Source: Massalongia carnosa (taxonomy: Eukaryota). Taken from it: a stretch of DNA of 64,000 nt. Positions 25,201 through 37,500 of the stretch are shown in pieces (the first letter of the stretch is position 1; each line of letters starts with the position of its first letter). The position numbers were made by a program, and so were the translations under genes. Below the pieces are notes generated by a model. The model saw only the letters and a list, made by a program, of their open reading frames with translations, did no database searches and was not told the DNA's origin. The stretch is from NCBI GenBank assembly GCA_965645245.1, contig OZ287070.1:2852001-2916000 (forward strand), read 5' to 3'.

Positions 25201-28194
25201 CGTCGAAGCGGTTTGATATGAAGACCCCATATGAGATGTGGCACCAGAAGAAGCCAGAGGTAGGCCATATAAGGACCTATGGATGCCTCGTACACGTGCA
25301 CGTTCCTAGCGAAACTCGTGCGAAGATGGATAAGGTATCCCATCAGGGAATTCTCGTTGGATTCCGGTCATCAAGACAGTATAAGGTGCATAATCCTGAT
25401 ACGAAAACAGTGGGAGTACATACCTCAGTGAAGTTTTTCGAGGATTGGCCAGGAGGCCCTTTACTGAACGCACCAGTGGAACCGGGTGAGTGGGAGTTAG
25501 ATGTTGCAGATTCGGACTACGAACCGGATGAGGAACAAGGAGTTCCTACGCACAAACTTACCAACCCTGAGACAGCCTTAGAGTTTCAGGGAACATCAAA
25601 CCTAGAAAATGACGACGCAATAGTTCTAGGCGATAATGTTCCCGGAGAAAGTATTGAGGGTGCAGAGAATCCCTCACTGAATGAAGGCGATATTCCCGGA
25701 AATCGCGAAACTCCGGGAAATCAAGAAGAAGGAAACGAGACCTCGGAAACTGAAATCCGAGCGCCAGAATTCAAAGGTCTGCCGACTACTGGGCGAAATT
25801 CGCCAGAGCCAGCACAGAATTCAAAAAGGGGGCAGAAAGCCACGCTCCCACCGAAAAATCAACAGCTTGTTTCCGCAGCATCTTCCCGGTCAAGACGCAC
25901 GAAAAAGCCGTATGACTCCAAGGCATTTGATAAGTCAAAAGCACCAATGGCTATCGTTTATATAGCTCGATTGCCTGAACCGGCTACCTATAAGGAAGCC
26001 ATGACTGGACCAAATCGCCGTGAATGGAGGGGGGCAACGGAAGAAGAGCTGGAAGCGCTGCGGTGGAAACGCACGTTTATCATCGTGCCGAGGCCGAAAA
26101 ACCGTGAGCTAATAACTTCGAAATGGGTGTTCAAAATCAAATACACATCCGCCGCAGTTATTGAGCGGTTCAAGGCCAGAATTTGTGCTAGAGGTTTCAG
26201 TCAGAAATATGGCATTGATTACGAAGAGACATTTGCACCCACCTTAAGGTTCGAATCTCTGAGAATGTTAATGGCAATTACTGCGTTACTGAACCTGGAA
26301 GCACATCAAATGGACGTTTCAAATGCCTATTTAGAAGGTGAGTTGGAAGAAGAAATCTACATGGAAATACCAGAGGGAATGGATGTTCCGAACGGAAAAA
26401 ATAAGGCCCTTCTACTGCAAAAAGGTCTTTATGGTCTCAAGCAATCCGGCCGAATCTGGAGCAGAAAGTTCAGAAGGTATCTGAGATCCATTGGATTCGA
26501 ACCAATCTCAGCCGACAATTGTGTGTTCATAAACCTCCAAGCCGGCGTCATTATCTCAGTATACGTCGATGATCTTCTCATCTTTGCCGCCAAAATATCC
26601 CGCATCAATGCAGTCAAGGCACAGCTAAAACGGGAGTATAAGATGAAAGATTTGGGAGAGGTGGACCATATCCTGGGAATGCGAGTGCGGAGGAACCGAA
26701 AATCTAGAAATCTAACACTAGATCAGTCAGTATACATCAACAACTTCATTTCGAAATATGGGATGGAAAATGCACACCCAGTTTCAACTCCTATTGATGG
26801 ATATGCAGCACTGACTGCCGCCACCCCCACGGAACCCAGGACCGACCAACTGGAGTATCAGAAAAGGATAGGAAGTCTAATGTATGCCATGACAAGTACC
26901 AGACCTGACATAGCCTTTGCAATTGGCAAGTTAAGTCAATTCAGTCACGATCCAGGTGTAAAGCATCGAGTTGCGCTGGATAGAGTAATTAGGTATTTGA
27001 AAGGCACTGCAAGCTTAGGCCTAGTCTATGGCCCTAGCCCGAAAGGCAACACCCCCATAGGGTACGCGGATGCGGCTTATGCCGATTCCTCGGAAAATCG
27101 AAAATCCACACATGGCATGACTTTGCTTCTTGCAAATTCAGCATGCATCTGGACCAGCAAGAAACAACGCACTGTTTCTACCTCAACCACTGAAGCCGAA
27201 TACGTTTCGCAATGCCAGGCTTCAAAACAGCTCGTTTGGGCAGGTCGCTGGCTACAGCAACTTGGGATTAGAGAGAGAGGAGCCATCGAACTTCGGTGTG
27301 ATAATCAAGGGGCCATTGCACTCGTCAGAAACCCCGAAAACCACTCACGTACGAAGCACATCGATGTGCAATATCACTACATTCGCGAGGTAGTGGAGGA
27401 TGGACTTATCCAAATCAGCTATGTTCCCACCAACGAGATGGCAGCTGATATTCTAACAAAGCCTTTGACCAAGGCGGCTTTTGAACGCGGACGTGCTCTA
27501 CTAGGTATGAAGGAAACCTAGAGAGTTAGCGATAGTTTATCGCAACCACATCGGCCCACGAGGGCCCATGGCCTACCTGAGCATCGTGTTCAGATGGGCA
27601 GAACGCGGAGGATTTCTTTTAATTCGTTTTTGGGCATGCGAGGGTATGAAGCCATTCAGATACTCGGAGTGGGAGTATTGGAATTTGCCGAGATACCTGA
27701 ATATTTGCGACCGAGGTTCTTTTGCCTCCTGCTTACTAATTTCCAGATTAGGCAATCATATGCTATATGCGAAAAGCTTCAGATATCGGCACGACTTCGG
27801 CAACTACGAGGAGGCAAAAGTATTCAGCAAGAATGCTACATTTCGGAGGCAATTCAGCTGTTCATGATCACTGAGTGTCTCGGTGTCTCCGGTCAGCAAC
27901 GAGGTGTATTTTGCCCAGCTGAAAAGGTTCAAAGGAAGCAGGTTCATGCATTTGATATAGGCCGAGATGGAGGCCCTCAAGCAGTATAAAGAGACGATGA
28001 TTCCTCATGTAATTTAGCTATTCAGTCGTTCAGAATTCAGTTCAGCAGATAGCTAAATTTGGAGTATCTTCACTGGAAATACGGAGTACCTGCATCACGT
28101 TTGCCAAGCACTTCTCTTTGCCTATCCTTGAAAGCCCTAGACCCTCTTCTCCTGCATCCCGCTGCCGTATGCCTGGTTGATTTTTTGTTCAACA
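22221..28194 (+). mobile_element. Ty1/Copia LTR retrotransposon (Copia-2), full length
   Basis: 519-bp LTRs at 22221-22739 and 27676-28194 (1 mismatch seen); TSD TTAGT; PBS GGTTATGAGCCC at 22740; PPT GGAGTGGGAG. Confidence 0.97.
22885..27521 (+). pseudogene. gag-pol: Copia-2 Gag-Pol with one frameshift near 24385
   Basis: CYHCKKPGHVKSKC, WIIDSGASRH, WHGRMGH..CITC, IN DDE, YVDD, RNase H YADA/EAE/DN. Confidence 0.95.
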
Positions 28195-30448
28195 TTAGTA
28201 TAGCAAATCATTAGTGTCTTCACATTGTCACATATCCCTAGGCCTGGTGTCTGATAATCGCCAGGTCTGACTCTTACACTGGTGGTATCCTTTCTCAGTA
28301 TGACAACGAGAACGTGCTTCGCCCCATCGCATACTTCTCCAAGAAACACAACCCGGCCGAATGCAATTATGAGATCTATGACAAGGAACTCATAGCCATC
28401 GTCCGATGCTTCGAAGAATGGAGACCGGAATTGGAAGGTTCTGCTCACCCCATCAGCGTTATTTCAGATCATAAGAATTTGGAATACTTCGCTTCAACCA
28501 AACAACTCAGTCGTCGTCAAGCTCGCTGGTCCGAATTCTTATCCCGATTTGACTTTAATATAGTCTATCGACCCGGAAAAGCTGGTGGAAAACCAGATGC
28601 ACTGACTCGTCGCTCAGGAGACCTCCCTAAAGAGGGGGATGAAACTGATGAAATACATAAACATCAGCATCAAACCATCCTGAAAACTCATAACCTGGAC
28701 GACGAAGTGGCGAAAAGTTTCTTATCCACGATTATCCTAGCCCCCGCGTTCATCGAACAGGATCCCGAGTCCGTTGAACATGATCACGAGTTCATTGAAC
28801 CTGAACCACAGCTGGATCAGCCTGCCGACCAAACTAATCCTGGCCAAGACCCGACCGACGTCCTAACTCAGCTGTTATGGGAACAAGCTCTGGAACAGGA
28901 TCAATTCTCTCTGAAAGTTCTAGACATGCTTCGCAATAATGTCAGATATCATAACGGCATTCAGCTAGCCGAATGTGAAGATAAAGAAGGGATTCTTTAT
29001 TTTCGAAACCGTCGATACGTACCCAATTCGGATCGGCTCCGTCTCCGTCTCATTCAACAGGCACACGACAGCGTAGCAGGTGGCCATCCCGGTCGTTCCA
29101 AATGCTACGAACTAATGAATCGATCATACTGGTGGCCCAGTATGCATCAAACCGTCAAACGATTCATTCGTAACTGTCACACCTGTAGACGATCCAAACC
29201 ATCCCGCCAACATACCAAGGATGGCTACGCCCTCTGTACCCACCCGAACGTCGATGGCGTGACGTTTCCATGGACTACGTAGGTCCGCTGCCTCCGAGCA
29301 CCTTCATGGGTATAACCTATCGTTATATCCTCGTCTTCATCGATCGCCTTTCCAAGATGCGACAGCGTCCCCACCACCTCCATGGAGGTAGAAGAGGCTG
29401 CTAACTCCTTTTACCAAAATGTATGGAAATTACAAGGTCTCCCAGACGCCTTGATTTCGGATCGAGGCACCCAATTCACCTCCGATTTCTGGGACATCAT
29501 GTGTAAACGGCTTAGAATTGATGCTAGGCTATCAGCCAGTTTTCATCCCGAGACAGATGGCCAAACCGAGAGGGCTAATGCAACCATGGAGCAATATCTT
29601 CGGGCATACGTCAATTACATGCAAGATGACTGGGCCCAGTACTTACCCGGTGCCGAATTCTCCAGCAATAACACCGACTCCTCCAGCATTCTCGCCTCTC
29701 CCTTCCTGGCTAATTATGGACAATACCCTAGGGTAGGATTCGAACCCGAAGAGCCCCTTCCGCAAGACCTGACCGCCCAGGGAATCGCTAACCTGATCGC
29801 CGCCAATCGATTCGTAGACAAGATGCGAGACGTAGACACTCACCTACGAGAAGAGATGTTGATCGCGCAGGCCTCATACGAATCTTCCGCCAATGAGAAC
29901 CGCCGTCCCTGTCCTCGTTATCTTGTAGGAGACATGGTATGGCTGAACACCCGAAATATCCAGACAGCCCGTCCGGCAGCCAAACTGGACGATCGAAATG
30001 TCGGTCCTTACCGAGTCTGTAAGGTGTTCGCCAACCCTCTTGTTGTTCAACTGGAACTCCCCGACACGGTTAAAATTCATCCGGTCTTTCATGTAAATCT
30101 GCTACAACACGACGCAGACGACCCCCTCCCAGGACAAATTCCCGAGCTTCGCGACCCAATAATAGCCGAAGATGGACAGCGAGAATGGTATGTCAACAGC
30201 ATTCTGAACTCGAAACTGGACAGACGTTATCAACCTCCGCTTCTCAAGTATTTCGTCAACTGGGAAGGACATACCCCCACCTGGGAGCCATTTCACCTAC
30301 TAACCAACTGTCAACAAGCTCTGGACGAATTCCACGAAGCCTATCCTGGTGCATCCGGCCCACATCTCACCCCCTGTTCCATTCCTCGATGTCGCTGTCA
30401 TGAATAAAACTGCTTCGCAGGAGCTCAGCTCTTGAAAGGGGAGCTACT

Positions 30449-31775
30449 CACGCGGGGGACAAAAAAAAACTACACCAAAATTTAACCGGGCTCAACTCCC
30501 CACCAAAACACAAGCAATTTACATACGATTTTGATGGGATAATTATCATTATTATGAATTCTAAACATATCGAGACTCCTACCAAAGCTAAAATTCAGGG
30601 AGCCGTTGAATTTTGCGAAAAGCAAGGCATTTCTTATCACAAAGAGGATGTTTTTCGCACATTTGATGTGGAACGTACGAGGGGCTATGCATACCTGCGT
30701 GAAGGAGCCTCATCACGCCGTCATCATAATAATTCCGATGTTTCTGAAGCTCGTGGGCGTCACAAAATTGTTACGCCTAAATTGATTAGAGAAATGGAAC
30801 GGCTATTGGAAGAAGAAGGTATGGAGGCGCGCGCTCTTACATGGGAGCAATTGGGCTTCGAAGTAGGCCTAGACTGCAGTGGCAAAACCATTCAACGAAT
30901 CATGGGCACCATGGATTATCACAAATGCATTGCGTGCAGAAAGGGATGGGTGAACGAGAAGACAAGAAAGCTTCGTATGAAGTGGTCAGATGCTATGCTT
31001 TCTAGATATCCAAATGCAGAAGACTGGAAACAAGTTCGATTTAGTGACGAAGTGCACTTTGGATGGGGACCTCAGGGCAAATTACGCATCATACGAAGAT
31101 TAGGTGAACGTTATTGTCATGATTGTATTCAAGAAGCAGATGAACCAGACGAGGCCGTCAAGAAGAGACATCACTGTTGGGCTGCTGCAGGTCATGACTT
31201 CAAGTCAGATATCTACTTTTACAGAGTTCCTGGAAACTCCAATGGAAAGATGAGTCAACGAGTCTATATCGACTCTATATTGGAGCCTATTGTGAAGCCC
31301 TGGATTGAAGCAAAACACGATTTCGTCTTAGAAGAAGACGGTGATTCTGGACATGGACCAGGCAAATCAAACATTGTACGCACTTGGAAGCAGAACAACG
31401 ATCTGAAGCACTATTTCAACTGTCCATGTTCACCTGATTTGGCCCCCATAGAAAATTGCTGGCAGGCCCCGAAGCAATATTTAAAAAAATATCCTCATTG
31501 GGATGATGATACGACCAAGGGGCTAATTTATGAGGGGTGGGCGAACGTTTCCCAGGCATTTATCAATGAACGGGTGTCTACTATGCCAGATAGATTGAGA
31601 GCTGTTTTGGATGGTGAGGGTAAAATGACTGGTTATTGAATAGATTGAATGAATTGGATGACTGGTTGTTGAAATGGTGATTATCCCATCAAAATTGTAT
31701 GGAAATTGCTTGTGTTTTGGTGGGGGGTTGAACCCGGTTAAATTTTGGTGTAGTTTTTTTTTTGTCCCCCGCGTG
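30449..31775 (+). mobile_element. Tc1/IS630-superfamily DD37E DNA transposon at the PPT/3' LTR junction of Gypsy-2
   Basis: About 102-bp imperfect TIRs CACGCGGGGGAC.../...GTCCCCCGCGTG, flanked on both sides by CTACT. Confidence 0.93.
30554..31639 (+). CDS. Tc1-like transposase (DD37E), intact
   Basis: 361 aa; FSDEVHF, EEDGDSGH, SPDLAPIENCW; 37 residues between the 2nd D and E. Confidence 0.93.
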   Translation: MNSKHIETPTKAKIQGAVEFCEKQGISYHKEDVFRTFDVERTRGYAYLREGASSRRHHNNSDVSEARGRHKIVTPKLIREMERLLEEEGMEARALTWEQLGFEVGLDCSGKTIQRIMGTMDYHKCIACRKGWVNEKTRKLRMKWSDAMLSRYPNAEDWKQVRFSDEVHFGWGPQGKLRIIRRLGERYCHDCIQEADEPDEAVKKRHHCWAAAGHDFKSDIYFYRVPGNSNGKMSQRVYIDSILEPIVKPWIEAKHDFVLEEDGDSGHGPGKSNIVRTWKQNNDLKHYFNCPCSPDLAPIENCWQAPKQYLKKYPHWDDDTTKGLIYEGWANVSQAFINERVSTMPDRLRAVLDGEGKMTGY

Positions 31776-32731
31776 CTACTGTCATGAAATCGAACCAACC
31801 CGATCCAGAATCAATCCCGCAGATGAATCTGACTAAGCTCCCGTTCCTCTATTCAGCTTAGTCAGAATCTCAATAACTAAATCGAGTTTAGACCCCTCTC
31901 AACGGCTTCAGGTCAAAGCTGTACCATCACCATCAAAGCGTATCAACGACAGGAGAACCTCATCTCCACCTTTTATCGTCAAACACCTCGTCAAACCTTC
32001 GTGCCGTACGTCTCCTAATAGGGGGAGATGAACACTGATCGAATCTTCATGCAAAGGGGTTCGAGACAAATATAAAAGAAAGGACAAGTTAATTAGATAG
32101 TTGACTCCGTGTCCGACGTCTTGTATAGCAATCCATCACCTAGCTATAGCCTTATTAATAAAGACATCTTGATCACCCAATCCAATTCCTAGGAACATTA
32201 GTTCAATCCCCTGCCCAGTCCTTGACACACCCTGATACAAGCGACCGAAATTTTGCATGGCATGGGTGAGATGGTGATAACTTTCTGTTCGTGAAAATCG
32301 AGCCGAAAGCGCATGATTGTCGTTGAAAACGAGCTCGTAGTCCTCGCATTTTCCCTCTCAAGTGAAGTCACGATTTTTCCCGCTAAAGGATCCAGAGGTT
32401 TTTTTTTGAGACTGTCAACTTTTGATCTTGAAGCTGACTTCACATTTGCCTGTAGCGCCCGCAATTTACGAGCACGGACGACTTCACAACGAAAACTGAC
32501 AGTCTCGACGAAAAAACTGACAGTCTCAACGAATTTTTTACGAAACTCGTTTAAAACGAGCCAAAAATTACTCGCAGCAGCAAATTACTCCACCCAAAAC
32601 TTTTCTTACTCGCATACCCCTATTTTCTTACTCCTATAACCCCCATTTTCTTTCGATACTGAATAACCTCATAAGTCAATGCATATATCTGGTCAATCAA
32701 CTGCGACGTTTTCATATTCAGAATTGCAGTA

Positions 32732-34560
32732 TTATACATGAAAAATGCTGACGAATCGTCTATTACAACAGGAATAATTCAATATCAATACTCTGTACAT
32801 CATCTCCATTCTCTCCAACCCTTTTTCTATCCGGGTCACCTTAACTATCTTCTGTATCTTCTTTCTATACCTTCCTCTCCTCTTCACTGGAGACGCAGGC
32901 GGAGACTCCGTCCTTGCTCTCTTCAACGCTCTAGCCGTCGGTCCCTCCTCATTTGCCCACACCCGACCCTTTCCCGTTAGTTTTCTGACTCTTCTGGTCC
33001 TCGTCAGAGACTCAGACGAAGCCTCGATCGAGTCATTGACAACAGCGCTTGATGAACCAGACGAAGCCTCGACGGGATTTCGATGTGGATGATTCGACAT
33101 CCGGCATGCCGGATCATGCCGCCTCCAATAGCCGGCACCTCGCGACGATCGCAGTGGGTTGTCAGGATATTCTTTCGTCGGATCACATCTAGCCCAGGCC
33201 TCAAGACGATCTCCATAATTATGAGACCATGACGGACGCTTAAATAAGCTATCCTGAGGATAATCGGGAGGCTCGGGTATATCATACTCCTTAGTAGCAT
33301 CAAAGTATTGCTCTCTGGTAAGACGAGGACCAATGCCGGTGTCGAGAGCAAGACAACTTCTTTTCTTTCGCATCTCGTTGGCTGCATCTTCTGGATATCT
33401 CTCTTTATGCTTCAAATGCTTTGCCAACTGAGCAGAAAACATACCACTGAAGCCCCCACTTTTCTCAATGTAGTGGGTTAATTAGGCAACATCAGGATCC
33501 TTAGAAACAGCCCACTGAGCCTTCAATTCATGATCATCCTCGCTGGCGTCATCTTCAAACGGCAAATCCTCTTCTAAATCTACATTCAATGAGTTGATAA
33601 TTTTTCGGATAAAATAGATATTGGAGTTGACCTTCCTTCTGACAAAGAAGTGCTCTTGTACAATCGTATTTTCAGCAACACCCACATCTTCATCCCCTCT
33701 TTCTCATTAGCACTTATATTTCTAATTCCTCCATACTTATTCCCATTCTCATTCCCATTATCATTCCCATTATCATTCCCATTACCACTCCTACCTCCAC
33801 CCCTTCCATTCCAATTCATACCCATATTCCAATGCCCAAACCGCTCCGCTTGATCATTTACATTGGAAGCAAAAACCGTCGCATTCTCACCAGAAAAACT
33901 AGAAGAATCAGAAAGCCCAAGGCTTTCTAGATTAACATGATAATCAGAAAAGCCAGCGAAACTACTCTCCGTGTCATTATCTATGGTGCTATTCGCTGTG
34001 GAGCTGTCATCCAAATCCTCGTTGTTATCATTGTCTCGGCATCTCCCTTGAGGCGGAATTTCCTGATCACATCTGCGTCGATTGTGATCCGTACTTCTGC
34101 AGAAAGAATAGCGTTTCATGCAAAGATTTTTCTTCTTTTTCTCCCGCCTCTTCTTTTTGAGACGACCAGATTTTCGACGAATCAGAGGAGCAGGACAATC
34201 GGAGGAATAATGAAGATCTTCTATGCAAATAGGAGGCATAAACGTCCCGTACGTGCCACGATACGTTTCCATCCTATATATATCACCTAGATGCACCTCT
34301 GACTCCAAATTATACTCCTGACCTAGAATTGCATGACGACAAGGTAACTTCTTGTCCTGAAATTCCAAACACGTGCAGGTACGTTCTGCAAGATTGACTA
34401 TATGAGAGGCTCCGTTGAATGCTTGAATCATGAGCACTTCACGAGAAGATGTGACAGCTGTATACTTTCCAGCCTCTTTTGCCTCATCACCAAGATGCTT
34501 CAACGCGTAATCCGTGACTCTTGATGTCTGGTAAGTTTGTACAGAGCATTATGGGAGTTA
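32732..34560 (-). pseudogene. Mutator-like (MULE) transposase, C-terminal remnant (MULE-A)
   Basis: SWIM finger CTCLEFQDKKLPCRH, degenerate knuckle RYSFCRSTDHNRRRC, acidic/Asn-Gly tract; the DDE core is absent. Confidence 0.8.
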
Positions 34561-34566
34561 GATTTT

Positions 34567-37500
34567 TCGGCAAATTTCTGAGATGACCCCCAAATAACCC
34601 CCAGGGAATATGGGGGGGTATTTGGGGGTCAATTACCGTAACATACACGTAATTTTGCTTCTGGCGCTATCACGATGACCCCCAAGAACTGTAATTAATT
34701 GAAGGGGGTCATTTGGGGGTCATTTGGGGGTTAGATTTCGAAATCGGTCTTAAGGTAATATTACGACCGCACGATTAAATGGCAAGCACGAGGAAAAGTC
34801 CGTTGAACATCAGCTATCCGATAAAAGCCTTGCCACTCCACGAAAGAAGACACGATTACGGCGATAAAAACGAGCGAATAGATATCTGTAGCTTGATGAT
34901 CGTGCGATATCGGGGGGTCAATCATTGGTGGAGTGACTGAACCTACCAATTACAGCTCTATAACTTTCTGCTTTCAGTGTTATAGGCCAATGAAATTCCA
35001 TAGAATGCTTAAAAAAGGCATTTGAACTACGTGGCACTCGGGCTATCTAGCATTAACTCTGGACTTATATGTGCATATCTTCGTTCATCTTTTCTGCATA
35101 CTTATGTCTCGATCAATCTCACTTTGGCCGAATCATCCTTCAGCCGGATCATCAACGATGTCACTTTATATCGGTCAAGGGTAGGACGATAAATATGAGA
35201 CAAGGCAGGCGATCACTAATTGGCTCGCAAGCAAGGGCGAGTCATGGCGTGTTGAGAAGGCCGAGAAGAATCGATATCTAGTTAAGTGCGATCATTGTGA
35301 CTTTCGAATCAGAGCCAGCTTGTCCAATAAAACTGGGAGAAGTAATAATTAAATGTATAAGAGCTAAGACAAAGAAATACTGACATTAGATCTCAGGGAA
35401 ACTCACTAAAATGATCCCTCATACCTGTGCAATATCGAACCACTCTGGCCATTCAGGTGGCAATGCTGTTCAGTCTCCTGTCTCTCAATCTGGTCACAAC
35501 GAAGATGAAGTTGATAAAGAGAATGATAATGACTCTAATGACAATAATAGCGACAACAATCATGACAGCAAGAGCGACAATATGAGCGTTCATACTGACA
35601 TAAGTGACTGGGATGGATTCAGTGATCGTTCTTTTGTTTTTAGGTCTCGCAGATTCTCGGCTCAAAACGATGAAGATATTGCGACCGAGAGTGACAAGAG
35701 TTTTACATCTCATCGCGACAAATGTATTACACTCGAGAGTGAGATGGATTCCTCATCTCGATCTCAATCGTCGTCAATTGTAACAGACTCATCAGAAGAG
35801 ACTAAGGAAGAGCAGAAAAACTATGCTCGTTGGGCTATTGGATGGCTAGATATGGACGAGGCACAGTTACAACAATTTCAAAGGTTTGATATGAATCAGA
35901 CGTTTGCTGGAACACTACAGCAACATAGAAATTACAAACGTCGCTTTCCAGAGGCGGCCGAAGAAGAAGCTCGCAAAAAACGAATACTTTATGCTAACCA
36001 GGCACGTACTCACCATATGATTAATTCATGGCTAATAATTGAAAGCAGGGTCGAAGATATCTGACAGAGCGACAGTATCAACTTATCGTTCCCCATTTTG
36101 AGCCCATAGCTCCAGCTCCATCGTCGCATTCTTCAGTTATTGGAAAATTTTTCACCCGCCCATTATGGACGTATCCACAAAGACGATGTCCTCTTCCTCT
36201 ACGCATTCCTTTAGGAGAGTCAACACCACTTTCAGAAGGGGAGAGAACACCAGTGGGCTGTGATTCTGATGACTTTCCGTACGAGAAAGACGATGCATTA
36301 CCGGAAGAGAGAGTGGAAGTCGAGAATACATTAGCGGATGAGCGACAAGAAGCTGAGGATATACTGGCGGAGGAGCAAAATTGGAGCATGCTAGAGAAAG
36401 ATAAAAAACGTGACCGGGCACTGATCTCACCTCGTAAATCTAGATCTGGACGGATATTGAAACCTACTGTGAGAGCGCAAGAAGCTTTACACACAAAACA
36501 TGCCAACTTAGCGAAGGCAGCTTTAGAAAGCTCTAGAGAAGTATCATTGACTGACTTAATAAACAAGTCACCTCCTCGAAAACGACAAAGGCGAGGGACA
36601 AAGTCGAGTCAATAGATGAATCTAGAGATTATCCTTACAGAGAGAAAGGATAAGCAATCGTGTTTTCTGTCATGAAGTGACAGGGCATCTGCCGGCTAGC
36701 TACGTTCCATGTACCACTTCTTCGGAAGCGAACTTTTTGATGAAGGAATGACATATCGAAACATGACAGTCTGGGGATGGAAAATTAGAACATGACATTA
36801 TATTTTGATGTTTTCCGTATATTTTTGTATAGATATCTAGTCGCTTTTCCTCGTGCTTGCCATTTAATCGTGCAGTCGCAATATATACTTCAAGATCGAT
36901 TTCGTTATATGTGTAAAAGTCTTCGGCACACCCCACCAAAACCAAAATTCCCTTTTACAGGACATTTGTTCCACCTATTCCCTACCCCCCAAACAACCGT
37001 TGGAAACCTCCAAAATTGCATTGATAATCGATTGATATATGCTCTATTTGCTACCCGAATTTGGAGGTGTTGATACTTTGTATGCCACCCCTCCGCAGCA
37101 ATAAGTGCTGCCATCCTGCGGGGCATGCTTGCAATCAGTCCATCTATTACCTCCTCACGAATGTTCCCCCATGCCTCCTGCAGAATGCTAAACAGCTTGG
37201 ATTCTGCCTCGTCGCCCTTGCCTCTAGCGAATTGATGTCGGGATAAACTTTGTAGGCCTCTTTCTTGAGAAGGGCCCAAAGATTTTCGATGGGATTTAAG
37301 TCGGGGCTGTAAGATGGCCAGTCCATTACCTCTATCCCCCATTCCTTAAATCACGCCTTTGTTTTATTCGCTCCATGAATGGGGACATTATCCTGCATGA
37401 AAAAAAGACCGGGCGTCCATATTCCTAGCAAGTTGGACTCCAAAACCTGTATGTAGGACTTTGCTGAGTAACCTTGCTTATTAGAATCCCAATCCCGCTT

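Larger units (their letters stand above)
21808..28278 (+). mobile_element. Solo LTR (about 492 bp: 21808-22220 plus 28200-28278) in the Gypsy-2 RNase H region, interrupted by Copia-2
   Basis: TGTCAG...CTTACA termini; TSD CTGGT at 21803-21807 and 28279-28283; TATATAA near 22137. Confidence 0.88.
19550..30407 (+). pseudogene. pol: Gypsy-2 Pol (PR, RT, RH, IN, chromodomain), split at 21808-28278 and frameshifted
   Basis: LIDCGAS, YLDD; ETDASDYVSG|GILSQ joins across the insertion; IN; chromodomain EWYVNSILNSK..YFVNWEG. Confidence 0.93.
17845..32227 (+). mobile_element. Ty3/Gypsy chromovirus (Gypsy-2), full length, carrying nested insertions
   Basis: 448-bp LTRs at 17845-18292 and 31780-32227 (about 7 mismatches); TSD CACCC at 17840-17844 and 32228-32232. 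Confidence 0.96.
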
